Source: Adineta vaga | Lineage: Eukaryota > Animalia > Rotifera | Direction of reading: 5' to 3' | NCBI GenBank assembly: GCA_021613535.1 | Contig: CP075492.1 | Location: 10,726,001 to 10,790,000 of the forward strand | Length of the DNA stretch: 64,000 nucleotides | Shown here: piece after piece, positions 23,974-37,532 of the stretch | How the letters are laid out: every line of letters starts with the position of its first letter | Numbering within the stretch: the stretch's first letter is position 1 | The notes under the pieces: generated by a model | Databases searched by the model: none | What the model saw: only the letters and a program-made list of their open reading frames with translations | Told to the model about the DNA's origin: nothing | Translations under genes and position numbers: made by a program

Positions 23974-26900
23974 TTAAACCATAATACGTGCACCGGGTAT
24001 ATAACGTGTATCCTTCCAAATATTTGATTTACCGAAATTATCCAAAGTTCGTTGACATTGAGCACATCGTTTATATTGATCACATTGTTCATGAACAAGA
24101 ATACCTTGTGGAGCTTTTAAATGCATTTTTTCATCTTCATCGCGTTGATGTTTTTCATCCATAGCATCGATCCAATCAGCTTCAAGATTCTTACGAATTT
24201 TCATATCACGACGATGTCGTTCACGACGTTCAGATATTAGACTAAAATAAATAAATTTTATACTTCCAACTTTAAGTAGAATAATCGATCAAGATTCATA
24301 CTCTTCTTTCATAACATCTAATGCTTTCAATTCATATTCTTGTTCTTGTATTTGTTTCAATAATTGTTGTCGTTGTCGTTGTTCAATAAGGTCTTTCTGT
24401 TGACGAACGATATCCATTGCATGAAGACGACGTTCTTGTAATTTTTCAGTAGACATATCATTAAGACCAAAGAGAGTAACATCAGGTTGATCAGGCACTT
24501 CTTGAGGTTTACTACGAATCTATTTTTTTTTGAATTGCAAAACTACTTTGAATCATTTCAAACTCTAAAACGAAGAAATTCACCTGATTGATTAGAACAC
24601 TCTTTAATTGTTCTTGTTGAAGACGTTTATTTCGCATATAACTTTCTCGTTCTTGAGCCAATCTAAACAAAAACAAATATGTGTAAGTTAAATGAAAGTT
24701 GTTTGATGCGTTCGATTAACATACGATTCAGCTAATTGTATTTGTTCGAGACGTTCAGTAAAATCTTTATCTAATTTTTCTGCACGTTGTTCTTCGTGTC
24801 GCCATTTCATTTGTGCTTCGATTTGTCGAGCAAAATCCTGTTGCTTAAGATAACTAGGAGGTGTACGAAGACGTTTTCGAAAAATAATTGAACGCTAAAA
24901 GAAGTATACAAAGAATAGATGATCACTTTTTTGAACTTTCAAAACGAAATTCTTACTGGTATTTCAAGTTCTTGCGATCGATCGAATTTCTTCGCTCGTG
25001 TTGCTTCAGCAATGCCCAAATTGTACTAGAAATACAATGTTTACTCTTAGATTTGATAGACAATTTAATAACTTACAGCTGCAACTTTTTGTCGCTCCTC
25101 TCGAGCTGCTTTCAATGCTTCCTGAAAATAAAATAAAACATGATATATCAATTGCAAGATTTTCAAACGAATTTACATCTTGTTTCTTTTGTTCTTCCAT
25201 ATCTTTATTATCTCGATATTGATTAAGAAGTTTATCTTCTTCAGCTTCTCGTATACGTCTTTCTTCTTGTAAATAAACTGGTATATTAAGTTTAGCGCGT
25301 CGATGGCATAGACGACACATATCTTGACCAACACCAAAATGACCACATGATGTCATATGTGGCGAATCACTAGCGATCGAATAAGAGAGACGTCGTGATT
25401 CTGAACGGGGTACACTATACGATGGCATATCTTCGTTTCTGGAACGAGATGCAACAGAACTTGGTCGTGGAAATCTAAAGAAATGAGAATAAAAATCATC
25501 ATGTTACCAGCAGAAAAATGAGCAAGAAAGAATAGAATTTCATAAAGCAGCAAGAGAATTTGTATTAATTGCTTACGATCATATAATTGTGAATTGTCTT
25601 CGTACAAACTATGAAGAATATACTTATTTTAGATCGATGAATCTATGATGCAGTCTTGCACTCAAATGAATTTATTTTGATAGTTCCAATTTGAACTATA
25701 TTTTGCATCTTTCTATGACTTTTATAACGATCAATCTATCAAAAAATTTTGATTGTCATCTGTTATAGTTCACTGTCAATCTTTCAACAGTCACTCTTTT
25801 ATTCTTAAGAATGAATGACTTGATAGAAAACTTCAATGCATCATTTCCTTTCTTCTATTATTTATATACATGCAATGAAATTATTTTTTTCTAAAAGTCC
25901 TTCATTACTGACATATCAGATGGATGTATTATTTTTTGTTTCCTTAACAACTGAAATTATTTTGACAGATTTAAACTACGTTTGAACTTACATAGGTGCT
26001 GGTAATTGTCAGGTTCTGTTTGATACATTGATATTGATCGTTGTAGTGGAGTGGGTGTTCTTGACGATTTCTTTTTCGTTGCTGCTGCTGCTGTTGTTGG
26101 TCGTGCGGGTACTGATGGTTGAATAAGATCAGCCGAAGAAAAAAGCGATGCAATTGGAATAACTGATTCTTGTGTGTTTCCTCGACCAGTTGTTTTGACA
26201 ACATGTGGGTTATGTTTTGTTGGTTCTAAGATAGGATTAGATAGAATTGAATTATTCGAGTAACCATATCTTCCAACAGAAGTTTTACATCGACCAAATT
26301 TTTTATTGAACATACTCTTCTCTGACATTTCATTTAAGTAATATGAAAGGAACTATTTAGATTCTCTCCTTTTTTCTTCTTCTTATTCTCTCCGTTCTTT
26401 AGTAACAAACGAATGAGTCTTTTCTTTTCTCTGCCGAACAACAGATGCTAAACAGAGCTTAATTTACATTCTTTTCCTCGTCGTCATTTAATAAATGATA
26501 TTGAGAATAGAAAATCAAATATATGCATTAAAAAAAATCACATTGTTCATATATCACTAACTAATTACATAGAAACAGAAAACGTTTCTTTACCTTGTTG
26601 TGATCCCTCTTGTCTAGCAGTATTTTGTTGTTGTTCATCTTCATTTTGATTCTCTTCTTGAATAACTTGCATTGTTAGATTACCAACACGACTATTAAGT
26701 CTATAGAAATATTTAAAACAAAGTTTAATAACTATCCACAATACGATTTATTTCGCTAATCAATTGGATACGTACCGGGGAAGAACAACATTTGAAGCTG
26801 TTGGTGGTCTACCAGCTTCTCGAGCCGACATGACTGAATCACATGTTTGTGGTCTCTAAATGAATACAAAATAATTTTCAGACAAAATTTGATGTTCCAA

Positions 26901-28213
26901 CTACTTACATTGCACATATTGTCAATAATATGTTTCCCATTTTCATCCACAGTACTTACAAAATCTTTAAAGAATCTCATTTTAACTTTTCCATCTCGGA
27001 TTTGTAATTTTCCAATATGTGAAAATGTAAATTCGACATTACGTTGTGCAGCTATCGAACGATTGAATATTTGAAGAACATGTTTAACACAAAGATCAAT
27101 TTGATCACGTGTATAAACGGATTGTGTTTGAATATAAAAATAATTTAATGGATGAACTGGTATTGAACCATTAACAGGATATTGTGTTGTTTTTAAACCA
27201 TGAGTTTGAGCAATTTTTTCCGAGAAAATAAAAACTGGTCGTTGAAGAAGTAAATATTTATTATTTCCAACATCAACACGTTTATGTATAAAACTAAATG
27301 TACCAAATCCCGGAATAGAAATACCCTTAACAAATCCATATTCACATAGAATCTATTGATACATATTAATGAATAATCTTACTTTCGATTGTTTCATATA
27401 GGATTCAATATAGGCCGATATAGCATCCCAGATTTTAACAACATCTAGGAGAAAGAAAAGCAAAAGAAGTTTTTTTTATTCAATTGCTTATCGTTTGTTT
27501 ATTTAACGAATGATTTATAAAAATAATGTAGCATACTTTCAATAAAGTATGTTTAAACGTTCGTATTGAAGGGGAAAAAAAACAACAACAACATCAATAA
27601 GAAAGAATCTATTTATCATTTCTAAATACATTTCGGTATTCAAAGAATAAAAGCAATAGGGATAGAATTGTTAAATTTTCTTCCTTCTTTTACTCGAACA
27701 AAAAGCATTCGTCTGCAAAATATAAAGTGATTATTTGACTGGAAGTAATGAAAAGAATATATATATATATACATTCAATATTTCATCAGTAACAATGCTT
27801 GTCTCTCTCATATGTTCAGTTATGAATATGTTAAACCTTTGAGAAAAATCATTAATAAATGAGATTTATAGAATTTGTTTGGAAAGAATAATAAAAGATG
27901 CATAACAAAACATATATGTTTGAAGCATCGTAGCGGATCACTTGTTACAATCAAAATTAGACTAGATTTTCTCTATCAATTGTTACTTTCTTTCATACAA
28001 ATTCAAAAGAAAGAAGATTCTCGTCTTATGAAAGCTTCCTGCCAGATCAATAATACAATGAGTTTTATCTATATAAGCTGTCAGATCTGTATTTTTTCTG
28101 AATAGAAGTAATGTTGGCTTACCATCATCTGTCAAATTAGCAATTGAAGCCGTTGTTTGCTGTTGTTTATTTCCATGTAAATTTTGTGATAATTTATTTA
28201 TATTATCCGTCAT
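23974..28213 (-). CDS. CCDC81: Coiled-coil domain-containing protein 81 (HU-like domains); apparent 1-bp deletion near 26009
   Basis: VVKIWDAISAYIE..GISIPGFGTFSF..QRPVFIFSEK HU-like domains; CGHFGVGQDMCRLCHRRA; C-terminus CDQYKRCAQCQR...SNIWKDTRYIPGARIMV. Confidence 0.88.
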
Positions 28214-28293
28214 AATTCGAATTTAGGCACTGAAAATTCTTCACAAAAATACTTTCTCGTTGTTTCTCTCATTTACACTTTCAATGATCAAAT

Positions 28294-28306
28294 GTTGCTT
28301 AGCATC
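28294..28306. promoter_or_regulatory. RFX X-box upstream of CCDC81
   Basis: GTTGCTTAGCATC, one mismatch to GTTGCTTAGCAAC, about 80 bp upstream of the ATG. Confidence 0.55.
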
Positions 28307-28574
28307 ATATTCAATTATTCACATAGATGTCGTTAATACAGAAGGAAAAAAACAAGATAACTCCATCTATTTCTATCCTTCTTAACAAAGATGTATCAAT
28401 GGTCCATAAGATTCAATCATTGATTAGTCGAGTATCATCTCATTCTTAGATTCATAATCAAAAAAAACCATATCACTTTCAATGTTTACATTTCGTTATT
28501 GTGATTTCGTTTGACAATTCGATTATTTTGTTCTATTCTTCAGACTACATGGTATCATCCATTTTGTTGATTGT

Positions 28575-31011
28575 ATGACGATAAAAATGGATGAAAATGA
28601 AACAATAAACCTTACTAATGCTAATTCAAAACAACCGACTGTTGGCCCACCAGTATCAACAATATCACTTGTGCCAAGTGACATTCGTACCGGAGGCCGT
28701 GGGCCAGGTTTAGCTTCAACAACAGTTGAAAAATCTAATGAAACATCAACATCAGCTACAGCTACAAGCAGTTCCGGTCCAAATGCTATGCTTATGGTTG
28801 GACCTAATTTTCGTGTTGGAAAACGAATAGGCGCTGGTAATTTCGGAGAAATTCGATTAGGAAAAAATTTGTATAATAATGAACATGTTGCGATCAAACT
28901 AGTAAGTTAATTGTTATAAATGAATTCGAGAAAGTAAATAATCTTCGTCACAGGAACCAATGAAATCTCGTGCTCCACAACTTCATCTTGAATATCGATT
29001 TTATCGACAACTTGGCACTTGTGGTTTGTTTCTATTAAAACAATTTATTTCATAGGAAATTGATTATTTTCTATAGAGGGTGTGCCACAAGTACATTATT
29101 TTGGACCATGTGGAAAATACAATGCATTAGTTGTGGAATTACTTGGCCCATCACTTGAAGATTTATTTGATAATTGCGATCGTAAATTCTCCTTGAAAAC
29201 TGTTCTGATGATAGCCATTCAATTGGTATGAGAAAAAAATATCATAGAATCTATCGTTCAATGAATTTGATTATTCTTTAGATTTCTCGAATGGAATATG
29301 TTCATTCGAAAAATTTAATTTATCGCGAGTAAGTTTTATGAAAATGAAATTTTTGATGAAAAAAAAACCGAAAATTTATTTCCAGTGTTAAACCTGAGAA
29401 TTTCCTTATTGGACGTTCATCAACACGTAAACAGCATTTGATACATATTATTGATTTTGGATTAGCAAAAGAATATATCGATCCAGATACGGGTCGACAT
29501 ATTCCATTTCGTGAACATAAAAGTTTAACTGGTTTGTTAAAGAATTGAAAAGGGAAAACTAAATTATATGTATCGGAATTTCCTTTAGGAACCGCCAGAT
29601 ATATGAGTATTAATACTCATCTGGGAAAAGGTGAAGTTCATATTTGAAAATAAAATTTGCAGTTCTTTTTATTCGTCTGTTATAGAACAAAGCCGTCGAG
29701 ATGATTTAGAAGCATTGGGGCATATGTTTATGTATTTTTTACGTGGCAGTTTGCCGGTATAGTTTCTTTATTTCATATTTGAAATCAATCAGTCATTGTT
29801 GATTTTTAATTTCAGTGGCAAGGCCTAAAAGCTGAAACATTAAAAGAACGTTATCAAAAAATAGGTGATACAAAACGAGCCACACATATTGATGTTTTAT
29901 GCCAAAATCATCCTGGTATGATTATTAATAACAAAACAAAAAAAGAAATATTTCTCAAACAAATACGTTTCTTTTTATCTTATTCTAGAAGAATTCGCTA
30001 AATATTTAAAATATGTACGAAATCTAGATTTCTTCGAAACTCCAAATGTAAGAAATAATTTGATTAATTTCGAAAAATCATTTGCTATAATATTTTCTTT
30101 TCTAGTACGAATATTTAAGAAAACTATTTAAAGATCTTATGGATGCAAGAAATTATGTATGTGATTATAATTTTGATTGGGTAGAAAAAATGCAAAAATT
30201 AACAAATCGAGTATGAAAATCTATTGTTTACAGAATTCTTTCATCATTGTTTGATTTAGCCGCCTCCAAATATTTCTCAATATCCAACGTCAACTCAACC
30301 GGAAATACCATCTAGTCCAGCTGTTCGACAAACTAGTAAAGTAAGTAAAACATCTTATCTAAAAAATGGATTTGATTTCGAAAAGAGAAATTCAATTGAA
30401 TTTTCCCTTCCCTCTCAGACGGGCCAAAATGGTTCAGAATTTTTAAATGTGCATCCTTCACCATCGACTGAGCAAGTACACGGATCAATCCAGGTATTTA
30501 ATTATCTCTTCGTCTGTAGTCCCGTACCTTTAGAATGAATGCGTAGTGTCTTCTTTTGATTAAACTACGTTGAAAAGTCTTTAATAGTAATAGAAAATTT
30601 ATTGTCCTTTTTTGTTTGTTTTTACTTTAGCCGACCAATGCACCTGATGAAGATACTGGTCGAGAACATGCACGTATTATTATACCATCATCTCCGCCAA
30701 ATGTTGATGTTATTAGTGATACAAAGTAAGTGATTCTTCTTCTTTTTCTATGTTTTTTTTATAAGAAGACGACAAAAATGCATTGTTTTAGTCAAAAGAA
30801 TATCTTTTTTAATGATGATTATTCGACTAGGAAAGTGTAAGATTGAATTCCAAGATTCTTCTTTCTACTTAGATTCACTTCTTCTTCTTATTATTTTTCT
30901 TTCCAAATTGAAATGAACATAGAATCAATATTTCTTTCTTGTCTTTCTAGGTGTTGTTGTTTTTTTAATCGTCGTACAAGACATGCAAATAACAAACAAA
31001 CAAGGAAATAA
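28575..31011 (+). CDS. CSNK1G: Casein kinase I gamma (gilgamesh type)
   Basis: [76 protein letters not shown]-terminal palmitoylation motif KCCCFF. Confidence 0.95.
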
Positions 31012-32435
31012 TATCATCAAAAATGGCATCAATTGTTTCAGAACAGTTTAACACATCAAATATGACGTGTAAGTGATGAGAAATGCACCTTGTTTTCTAT
31101 TGAGAAAGAAAAAAAGGTTAGAAGAAGTCATGCTAAGAACAAAACAATTATTCCAATGAATAAACAGCAAGACCGTATGGTACTGTTCTTTCATAGACGT
31201 GAAGATCAAATATCGACACATCACTTCAGGCTATATTGATCTTAGGCAAGGAGAAGTTTTGATTCATATGTCTTGATGAAAGTTTAATGGAAAGGTTAAT
31301 CTTTTTCTTGCTGAGAAGTCGAACAACTTAAGTGTCTAAAGAAGAATAAGTTAAGAAAAAAAAATGACACGCCTTTTCCTCATGTCCTCAATCATTAAGT
31401 GAAGAGTTTCGTGTCTTAGCGTTTTATCTTGGTTTCCTCATCGGATGTTGGATAATCCTTCCGGATTGAAAATAGAAAAAACATTAGTATCATCAACACT
31501 TTATTCATGATAATTATTTCGAAAATAAAATCATTCTTCATTTAAATTTTAGTGTTATCAAATCGGTTCTATATCTTTGTATCTGCTCGTTTTCTTATCT
31601 TTTCGTCCAGTGATTTTGGCGTTGGTGAAAACGATAACGACACAAAATTCACTGTTTATTCCTTCCAATCGGCACTATGGATAAATCTTGCCGTTGCTCT
31701 CTTCTTCTTCTTTTTTTGTTTGTTGTTATTGAGTGTGTGCGTGTGTACTATTGTATTTCAAATCATTTCTTTTTTTCTCTCTCGTCTCTTACTGTATCCA
31801 CCTGCTCATTGTTATAACTTTCGCTTATGCCTTGTTCTTTTCTCTTTCTATCTATTTCTCTTTCTCATTCTACTAATGTCTGTGCTTGAGCATGCTTTCG
31901 CAAGCGAAACAAAAACCAAAAAAAAAGAACAAAGAAAGATGAAATATTTTTTATTTATTATCTGAGAAAAAACAACAACAACAATTAATCACCGAATAAA
32001 TATTCTGAGAGAACAGTCTAGGTCAAATTCTATGTATATAAAAGACTGATAAGAACACATACATATTTATAAATGAGAAAAAAAAACAAATCAAATAAAA
32101 GACGATTTAGTACGCACACTGATTTTTTTCGAAACTTAAGTGTTCGAGCTTTTTTCTTCTCTTTTTTTGTCAATATCTGATGCGCGTGTGTGTGTGTGAT
32201 TTCTTCTTCGTTTTCTGTACTAATTCTTACAGACATCAACATTTTTTCTTTCTCTTTATCTTTCACTTTACGTTCGTCATATTTTCCTTTACATTATCAT
32301 TTGTTATACGCTTCTATGGTATGTGTGTGTGTGTGTGCGTGCGTGTGTATTGAGAAAATAAAGACATTAGCAGTCAAATATCAAAGAAAATACATTTTGA
32401 TTGTTGTTTTGTTTGAAGGTTACTTTGATTCAAAC

Positions 32436-33536
32436 ATGGATGATGATGAAGCACCGAGTATGGCCGAAATTCATATTGCAGCAAGTCATTTACGTTCATT
32501 ATCGCTACCAATTACACCGATTTTAACCAGTTCTACATTGAATACTTTAACGGGAAGAAATATTTATTTAAAATGTGAAAATTTTCAACGTACCGGTTCG
32601 TTTAAAAGTCGTGGTGCACTTAATGCCGTATTAAATGCAATGAAAGTTGATCCAAATGTAAAAGGTTTTGTTACACATTCATCAGGAAATCATGGACAAG
32701 CTTTATCATATGCAGCATCAATTGTCAACCGACCATGTGTTGTTGTCGTACCTCGAGGAACGCCTAAAAATAAAACAGATGCGATCGAACGTTACGGAGC
32801 AGAATTAGTTGTCTGTGAACCGACGCCAGCAAGTCGAACATCAACTTCTTTACAAATCAGTCAAGAAAGAGATTATCTTATGATACCACCGTTTGATCAT
32901 CGAGATGTTATTGCTGGTGAGATTCATTAATCTTCTGTCATGTTGTTTCTATGTATACTGTTTAGGACAAGGAACAATTGCTGTGGAACTTCTCGAACAG
33001 TTACCTAATCTTGATGCGATCTTAGTTCCAGTTAGTGGTGGTGGTTTAATTAGTGGTATTGCTCTATATGCTAAACGAATTAATCCAAATATACGAATCT
33101 ATGCTTGTGTACCCGAAGGAAAAATGTTAGAAGAATGTTTAAATGAACAGAAACGTCTATGGCCTAATCCTCCCGAGTTTCTTCAAACAAAATGTGAAGG
33201 TATTTAAAAGTTACATATTGATCTATATCTCTCATTATTCTCGTTCTTTTTTTCATATTCAAAGCTTGTCGTTTACAACAATGTGGTACACTTACTTTTC
33301 CGATCATGTGTTCCTTCATTGAAAAACAAGTATTCACAATATCAGATAAAACAATGATCGATGCTACACGATTTGCTTTTGAACAACTAAAATTAGTCGT
33401 TGAACTTGCTGCTGGTCTATCCTTAGGTGCCATACTTTCACAATCGGATCGTTTGGATTCCGATATACGTCATGTTGCTCTTATTCTTTGTGGTGGAAAT
33501 ATTGATTTGAATGAACGATTGCCTTGGCAACAGTAA
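32436..33536 (+). CDS. SRR: Serine racemase-like PLP enzyme (fold type II)
   Basis: KCENFQRTGSFKSRGALN (PLP lysine), VTHSSGNHGQA, VPVSGGGLISG, ILCGGNID; two short introns in consistent phase. Confidence 0.85.
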
Positions 33537-33556
33537 AATTTTGAATAATTTTGTAA

Positions 33557-34028
33557 TTATAATTCAGTGCATCTTTGAGTATTTGTTATTGTCCTAGTTG
33601 GAGATAGATGTTGATTAATAAATCGGCGAAGATAAAAAAATGAAGTCAATGAAGTATCACTTTTCCTATCATAACGTGCTTTTTCATCTTCAATACATCG
33701 TCCTGAACGAACACTTCGTTCTAGAACTCTTAAATAAGTTCTTTTATCTTGATCGACTATGGAAGATTTTCGTTCTAAATCTAAACAAGCCATATTAAGA
33801 TCAGCTTCAGCTTCATTGATTTGTTTCAATGCAGTAATATAATAAATTCGTTCTCGTCTTTTATGCAAATAGCTACAAAATAAATGGTCACATCAAAACA
33901 TTTCATATTTCAGTTACGGAAACTTACTGTAAAATTCTCGGTTGTAAAGCACAAATCACTATAAATAAACAAATTCCACAAATGGTTAATATAGTTATAG
34001 TTATAAGGATAACTGCAAAAACATCCAT
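33557..34028 (-). CDS. Small single-pass membrane protein of unknown function
   Basis: Exon 1 MDVFAVILITITILTICGICLFIVICALQPRIL (hydrophobic) splices in frame (GT-AG) to HYLHKRRERIYY...CTEL*. Confidence 0.6.
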
Positions 34029-35950
34029 CGATAACAATGAATGTCAACTTATTGAGAGACACTAGAGTTTCATCCAGTTCTTAACATTATCGAATACTGC
34101 TGAAATGTCACTCCAAATGGAGTCGTTCGAAGAAATAAGAAGAAATATTTCTATACATATGCAACAAGCCCGGAAACAATGAACATCAACGTAAATCAAC
34201 AGTCAGAACTGGATGATAATGATGGATGGCGGTTTTATCTCTTCGTCGTTCTCTTGACATATGCAGAAACAATTTGCAAGTATTACAAGTTGGACTAACA
34301 TACATTTTTTTCTTTTTTGTTCGTTGCCGAGCCTCATTTTGTTTTGATCGAACGACTAGGCGGAAGACAATGCCCAATATAAAGAAGACTATTCATTGCC
34401 GTTAAATGAGAACGATCAATGTAAACACCTGCTTTGTTTAACAAAAAAAAAAGAAAAAAAAAGAAAGTGAATAAAAATTCAGAACTAAAAGAAACATTGA
34501 GAATACAAAATGTCAATATTGATGACTCGATAAGGGAACAAGATTTTCTCTTCATATAGAAAGATACAAATAGATTTCTTTATTAGACATAGATGCGTGT
34601 TGATAAACAATTGATCTGTGATAGTGATGATGATTGCATGACAGAAATCTTAAGAGAATCAACCTTGATTGCAATTTTGTTAGTTATGATTGATCGAAGC
34701 AAATGATTGTTTGAAAATAAAATGAAACTCTATCAATGGGATTGTTTTTCTTTTCAAAATAAAAACACAATGTTCACCGGCTCTAATCAATGATGATTAA
34801 CTCCAGATGAAATAAATAACTACTTGTTGTCACTATTCTCTTTCTTTTGGATATGAGAGAATAGACAATCATTTGGCATTGTTTATAGATATCTAGATGA
34901 GTTGAAATATTTGATATTACATTCCTATCTGTCTTAAATGAATATGATTAGATTCATCACTGAAGAAGAAGAAAAAAACACAAAACTATTAATCGTCTTG
35001 CATAGTTGAAATTTCATTTGTTTTTATACTATGAAAGTTATAGTTAGTTATCAATTAAGAAAAAAGGCATACGAACAAGCAACTATCTATATATACATAT
35101 ACATGTAAGTCGATATCTATTATTTATTTATTTATAGATTGAAGTAACATTGATCTTTACCTAGCATTTTTCTTCTTCATTCCCTAATATTATTTATTTA
35201 AGTAATGAATTTATGGTTTAGATATTCATTTAATACATTCGTCTGTTGAAATCTGTTAATTATTGAAAATGAAGATTATTTGAGAGTTTAAACAAAAGAA
35301 TAAATCACAAATGTGTAAAAGCTTACAAGTAACTACCAACCTTTCAATACCTCACTAACTACTACAACTTCTTCATTTATATATTGTCTGTCTATCTATC
35401 AATGATTTGATGATGACTATGTTATAGAGTGACAAAGCGGAATCTATTTAATGTTTCTAATTGCTATTCTAGTAACAACTCTTGCATACTTCCTCATAAA
35501 TTAATCGTATGTTCTGAGTAAGAAAAGAAGACGAAGAAAGAGAAGAAGGAAAAGAGACAAGTAGCAAAATAACATTCAGATAATGATGATGAAGATGAAT
35601 TAAGTGGAAGAGATTAAAGAGACATGAGAAAAGGTTAGTACTCTAAGCATAATGCATGCAGAATAAAAATGAACCATAATTAGAAAGAAAGTAAGATGTA
35701 CTGGTAAGAGTCATTATAATTATTTTGTACGACAATGAGATTAAATTCATCATTATATATATATCTTTATATGTAAAAATTATTATCGCTTGATAATCAG
35801 GTCATTAAAACTTTCTTACTTTTCACTTAAGAGGAATTTAAAGAAAATGAAGCATTATCATTATTTACATCTTAATTGCTTATTCATTAACTGATTGAAT
35901 TTATCAAATGTTTTTAGATTCCATAATATTTTTCCTTTGTAAATATCGTT

Positions 35951-36554
35951 ATGATGCCAATTTCAACTAGTAATATTTACCAATGTTACTTATCGTCGAG
36001 AGATATCCTACGAACAACTCATAAGCCAATATCAAGTTTTTATATCAATGATATTCTTGATCATTCCAATAATACATCAAAAGATAAATTTTATCGATCT
36101 ACTTCATCAAATAATAAAGGAGATTTAATCAAAATTAAACAGAATAAAAAAACTAGAACGACATTTACAGGCAAACAAATCTATGAACTTGAAAAGAAAT
36201 TTGTAGATAAAAAATATCTTTCACCAACTGAACGTGCAGAAATGGCTTCGTTACTAACTGTAACAGAAACACAAGTGAAGATTTGGTAGGCTTTTTTTTA
36301 TCAATCATAGAAAACGGGTAGATTGTTTTTCTTCTTTTTTTAGGTTTCAAAATCGTCGTACAAAATGGAAAAAGATTGAAAATGTGTCGAATGACGTCGT
36401 TGCTGAACATAAATTAACCACACGGAAAACGTCATTCAATCAAGATCACACACAACTTGCTCCGTTACGTACTGATGGCAGTACAAGTAGCAAAAGTAGT
36501 AGTTGTAGTTCAATTAGTCCTTGTCGATCTGATCAAAGATCATGCGATTTATAA
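35951..36554 (+). CDS. NK7: NK7 homeobox transcription factor
   Basis: eh1 motif SFYINDIL; homeodomain [45 protein letters not shown]|[16 protein letters not shown], typical of NK7. Confidence 0.85.
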
Positions 36555-37448
36555 TTTACTTTCTATTGTATGAATTCAATCTTTGATATCATTTTCCAAG
36601 TGTTGAGTATTTTATTTGAAATAGATGTGTAATTCGAAGAGTACATTCCAGATACGAACAAAATACAACTGTTTATTTGTCTCAACATTTTCACTTGGAA
36701 ATAAAGAATCATGATTAGTAAAGTATCAAATTATTTACTGATGTTGTTGCATTTCTATTATTTTTTTATCAATCGTGTTTACTATCAATTTATCTTTGAG
36801 TAGATGGGATGATATAGAACTTTTCTCTGTTTCTATAACAAAAGCATTTATTTGTCATGAATTCTACTACATTATTCGGTTTCAAATCTTACTATTGGAT
36901 ATCTGCTAGTCTTATTTCATTTTCAATGATACACAACGGAGATCAAAATAGAGTAAAACTCAGCTCAAATCAATTCTGTGTAAATATGACACTATCAAAA
37001 TCTAATACAATTATCTATCTATCGTACGACATTTTTTTTTATTTGAGGCATTTTTTATGAGACTTTTTCTACAGTGTATCCATGAATATCTTTCAAATAA
37101 ATACATCTTTGGACCAAAGCTCAGAACCATGCGAAGTATCATTTAATACTCGACTTGTCACGATAAACAAAGAGAGAATTTATGTTATTAATCCTTCTTG
37201 GAATCCATCAAACAAAATCACACATGTATTCTTTGATTAAAAAGGTATATCTATTTCAAAGTAATGAATATTTCTATAGAACAACAAAATACCCATACTT
37301 AAATGGCACGAATCAAAAGACAGTGAAAAGTATCCAGATAACTCTCTCTTAATCTGCCAACTCATATAATCCTTGGTTTTCGATATCATCCTGCCAAAGA
37401 TATAGTTTAGTGAACGTCTAAATAACGTAAAATTTTGATGCACACTAC

Positions 37449-37532
37449 CGTGTTTACTAATAAAGTATCAGCCAAGTCCTGTGCTTCTTTGCTTCCGATG
37501 TAAAACGAGTGAAGACCCAGAGTGGTAAGTGT
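37449..37532 (-). pseudogene. Orphan 84-nt phase-0 exon encoding one RI/NLRC3-like leucine-rich repeat
   Basis: cacAG|TLTTLGLHSFYIGSKEAQDLADTLLVNT|GTagtg. Exactly 28 codons, matches TLTTLxLxxNxIGxxGAxxLAxxLxxNT with N->F and G->E changes. Confidence 0.7.

Noticed and set aside
25957-26328. Standalone 123-aa ORF inside CCDC81
   Set aside because: Most of it is an internal CCDC81 exon (acceptor at about 26227 in the correct phase)
31552-32435. Hydrophobic ORFs 31552-31965, 32030-32266 and the N-terminal extension of ORF 32190
   Set aside because: Low-complexity T-rich UTR/intergenic sequence with (GT)n tracts; the likely SRR start is ATG 32436
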